Shown in pieces: positions 62,091 through 64,000 of a stretch of DNA of 64,000 nt. This DNA comes from Polyangiales bacterium. GTDB taxonomy: Bacteria > Myxococcota_A > Polyangia > Polyangiales > JADJQN01. Location of the stretch: contig CAXNJO010000008.1 of NCBI GenBank assembly GCA_964202905.1, forward strand, positions 33,350-97,349, read 5' to 3'. The stretch's first letter is position 1; each line of letters begins with the position of its first letter. The notes under the pieces were generated by a model. That model saw only the letters and a list, made by a program, of their open reading frames with translations, was not told where the DNA came from and did not search any database. The position numbers were made by a program, and so were the translations under genes.

Positions 62091-63083
62091 ATGGACCTGC
62101 GCGGGCGCACGCTGGCGATCACGGGCATCGGCGGCTTCGTGGGGCTCCGCGCCGCGGCGCGGGCGCGCGAGCTCGGCATGGTCGTGCGCGGACTCGATCG
62201 CGACGAAGCCGCGCTGCGTCGCGCCGGCCGCGTCGGCGTCACGGCGCTGCGCGGCGACGTGCGCGATCCGGCCGACGTCCGCCGCCTCTGCGCCGGGGCG
62301 GACGTCGTCTTCCACACGGCCGCAGTCGTCGAGGAAGACGGCGATCCCTCGCACTTCCGCGACGTCAACGTCGAGGGCACGCGGTGCGTGCTCGAGGTCG
62401 CGCGGGACACGGGCGCGCGTCACGTCGTGCACCTATCTTCAGTGATGGTCTACGGCTTTGCGTATCCGCCCGACGTCGACGAGGACGGCCCGCTCCGCGG
62501 CGAGGGCAACCCCTACTGCGAGACCAAGATCGAGAGCGAGCGGGTCGCGCTCTCCTTCGACGCCCCGGGAGCGCTGCGCGTCGTTGCGCTGCGCGCGGGC
62601 GACGTCTACGGGCCCGGCTCCATCCCGTGGGTCGTGCGCCCCGTCTCGCTCATGCGGCGCGGGCTGTTCGTGCTGCCGGACGGCGGACGGGGCGTGATGA
62701 ACCACGTCTACGTCGACGACCTCGTCGACGCGGGGCTCGCGGCGGTCGCGCGCGAGGTCGGCGGCGTCCCGCTCAACGTCACCGACGGCGACGACACGAG
62801 CTTCGCCGCGTATTTCGGGCGTCTCGGCGCGCCGCTCGGGCAGGCGCGCATCCGCACGCTCCCGGCGGGCCTGCTCCGCGCGGCGTTCACCGCGCTCGAT
62901 CGCGGCGCGCGCGTCGCGGGGCTGCGTGCCCCGGTGAGCCCCGCGGCGGTCGACTTCGTCGCACGCCCGCACCGGGTGTCGAACGCGCGCGTGCGGCGTG
63001 TGCTCGGGTGGGCGCCGCGCGTGCCGCTCGCCGAGGGGCTGCGGCGCACGCACGCGTGGCTCCGCGCCGAGCGTCTGATGTGA
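62091..63083 (+). CDS. NAD-dependent epimerase/dehydratase family protein
   Basis: ATG 62091 in the frame of track ORF 61902..63083. Rossmann ITGIGGFVG. SSVMVYG. catalytic YCETK. Confidence 0.9.
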   Translation: MDLRGRTLAITGIGGFVGLRAAARARELGMVVRGLDRDEAALRRAGRVGVTALRGDVRDPADVRRLCAGADVVFHTAAVVEEDGDPSHFRDVNVEGTRCVLEVARDTGARHVVHLSSVMVYGFAYPPDVDEDGPLRGEGNPYCETKIESERVALSFDAPGALRVVALRAGDVYGPGSIPWVVRPVSLMRRGLFVLPDGGRGVMNHVYVDDLVDAGLAAVAREVGGVPLNVTDGDDTSFAAYFGRLGAPLGQARIRTLPAGLLRAAFTALDRGARVAGLRAPVSPAAVDFVARPHRVSNARVRRVLGWAPRVPLAEGLRRTHAWLRAERLM

Positions 63084-63200
63084 CGGCGGCGTGCCTGCCG
63101 CGCGGCGGGCACGCAGCGTTTGCGGCTTCCGGCGGGCGCGTCGCGAGATGGGCACGCGACCGCGAACGCGTCGACACACGGGGCTCGGAGGCTGCGTCGC

Positions 63201-64000
63201 ATGTCGACCCCCGCTCTCGTGATGCTCGCCGCGTGCGCCATCAGCGTGGCGCTCTACCTGACGCTCCTCGCGTCCTTCACCGTCGGCCTCGTGCGCGGGC
63301 GTCTGCGTCTGCGTGCGCAGCGCGCTGCGCCGCGCGTGACCCCACGCGTCTCCGTGCTCAAGCCCCTCGCCGGCTGCGAGGACGAACTCGCCGAGAACCT
63401 CCGCAGCTTCGCCGCGCTCGACTGGCCCGACCACGAGCTGCTCCTCGGGGTCGCGTCGCTCGCCGACGCCGCCGTCCCCGTCGCGCGCGCGTTCATCGCG
63501 GCGCATCCCCAGGTCGCTGCGCGCCTCGTCCTCACGGACCCGGGCGCGGCGCTCAACCCCAAGGTCGCGCAGCTCGTCCGGCTCGCCGAGGAGGCGCGTG
63601 GCGAGGTCGTCGTCGTCAGCGACGCGAACGTACGCGTGCCGCCGACCTACCTGCGCGATCTCGTCGGCGCGCTCGACGAGCCCGGTGTCGGGCTGGCCAC
63701 GAGCGTCGTCGTCGGCTCGGGTGAGCGCACGCTCGGTGCGGCCCTCGAGAACCTGCAGTGGCTCGCGCACGTCGCGCCGGGCGTCGTCGCCGGGGCCACG
63801 GTGACGGGGCGCCCGATCAGCATCGGCAAGTCGATGGCGATCCGAGCCGCGGACCTCGCGCGCGTCGGGGGCTTCGCGTCGGTGGGGGACGTCCTCGCGG
63901 AGGATCACGTGCTCGCGCAGCGCTTCGCACGCGCCGGCATCGGCGTGCGGCTGTCGCTCGCGCCGGTCGAGAACCGCAACGTCGACTGCACGCTGCGCCG
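63201..64000 (+). CDS. partial CDS (runs off the right edge): glycosyltransferase, ceramide glucosyltransferase-like (GT21/GT2, HpnI-like)
   Basis: Not in the ORF track because there is no stop in the window. ATG 63201, open to 64000: MSTPALVMLAACAISVALYLTLL...VSVLKPLAGCEDELAENLRSFAALDWPDHELLLGV...VVVSDANVRVPP...GKSMAIRAADLARVGGFASVGDVLAEDHVL. Shows the N-terminal TM plus D1/D2/D3 pattern of this GT family. Confidence 0.8.
   Translation, partial: MSTPALVMLAACAISVALYLTLLASFTVGLVRGRLRLRAQRAAPRVTPRVSVLKPLAGCEDELAENLRSFAALDWPDHELLLGVASLADAAVPVARAFIAAHPQVAARLVLTDPGAALNPKVAQLVRLAEEARGEVVVVSDANVRVPPTYLRDLVGALDEPGVGLATSVVVGSGERTLGAALENLQWLAHVAPGVVAGATVTGRPISIGKSMAIRAADLARVGGFASVGDVLAEDHVLAQRFARAGIGVRLSLAPVENRNVDCTLR

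Overview
Very high-G+C (roughly 70-75% by eye) bacterial chromosomal segment. The domain repertoire looks like Myxococcota (Polyangia-like): many Hanks-type Ser/Thr kinases with PEGA or zinc-ribbon modules, a TIGR02266-like PilZ protein, AgmX/PglI-like lipoproteins, a thrombospondin-repeat OmpA and a GH57 branching enzyme. This lineage call is inference. I support about 50 protein-coding genes on both strands, mostly housekeeping or core: dapA-dapB, queA-tgt, purH-purD, rluD, two acyl-CoA dehydrogenases, an acyl-CoA mutase catalytic subunit, astD-like aldehyde dehydrogenase, an RR-EAL phosphodiesterase, rhomboid, ABC ATPase, NUDIX and GNAT. I saw no rRNA, tRNA, CRISPR, transposase, integrase or recognisable defence genes. 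Most of the very long ORFs in the track are antisense or out-of-frame shadows typical of high-GC DNA, so real genes were picked by family motifs and internal starts placed by frame arithmetic. Two edge-truncated genes are missing from the track: <1..170 on the minus strand and 63201..>64000 on the plus strand. Three things stand out. (1) Five otherwise conserved genes are split by single-base frame changes, and one more by an in-frame TGA; several of these sit at homopolymer or microsatellite runs. (2) A perfectly phased 17-bp x5 direct-repeat array fills the purH-purD spacer. (3) There are several coding minisatellites and tightly coupled signalling modules. I did not find a convincing self-contained novel multi-gene system. 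The best candidates for follow-up are the purH-purD repeat array, the zinc-ribbon/kinase/beta-propeller operon, the (GGC)n-interrupted secreted two-domain protein, and the bacterial COQ4 homologue.
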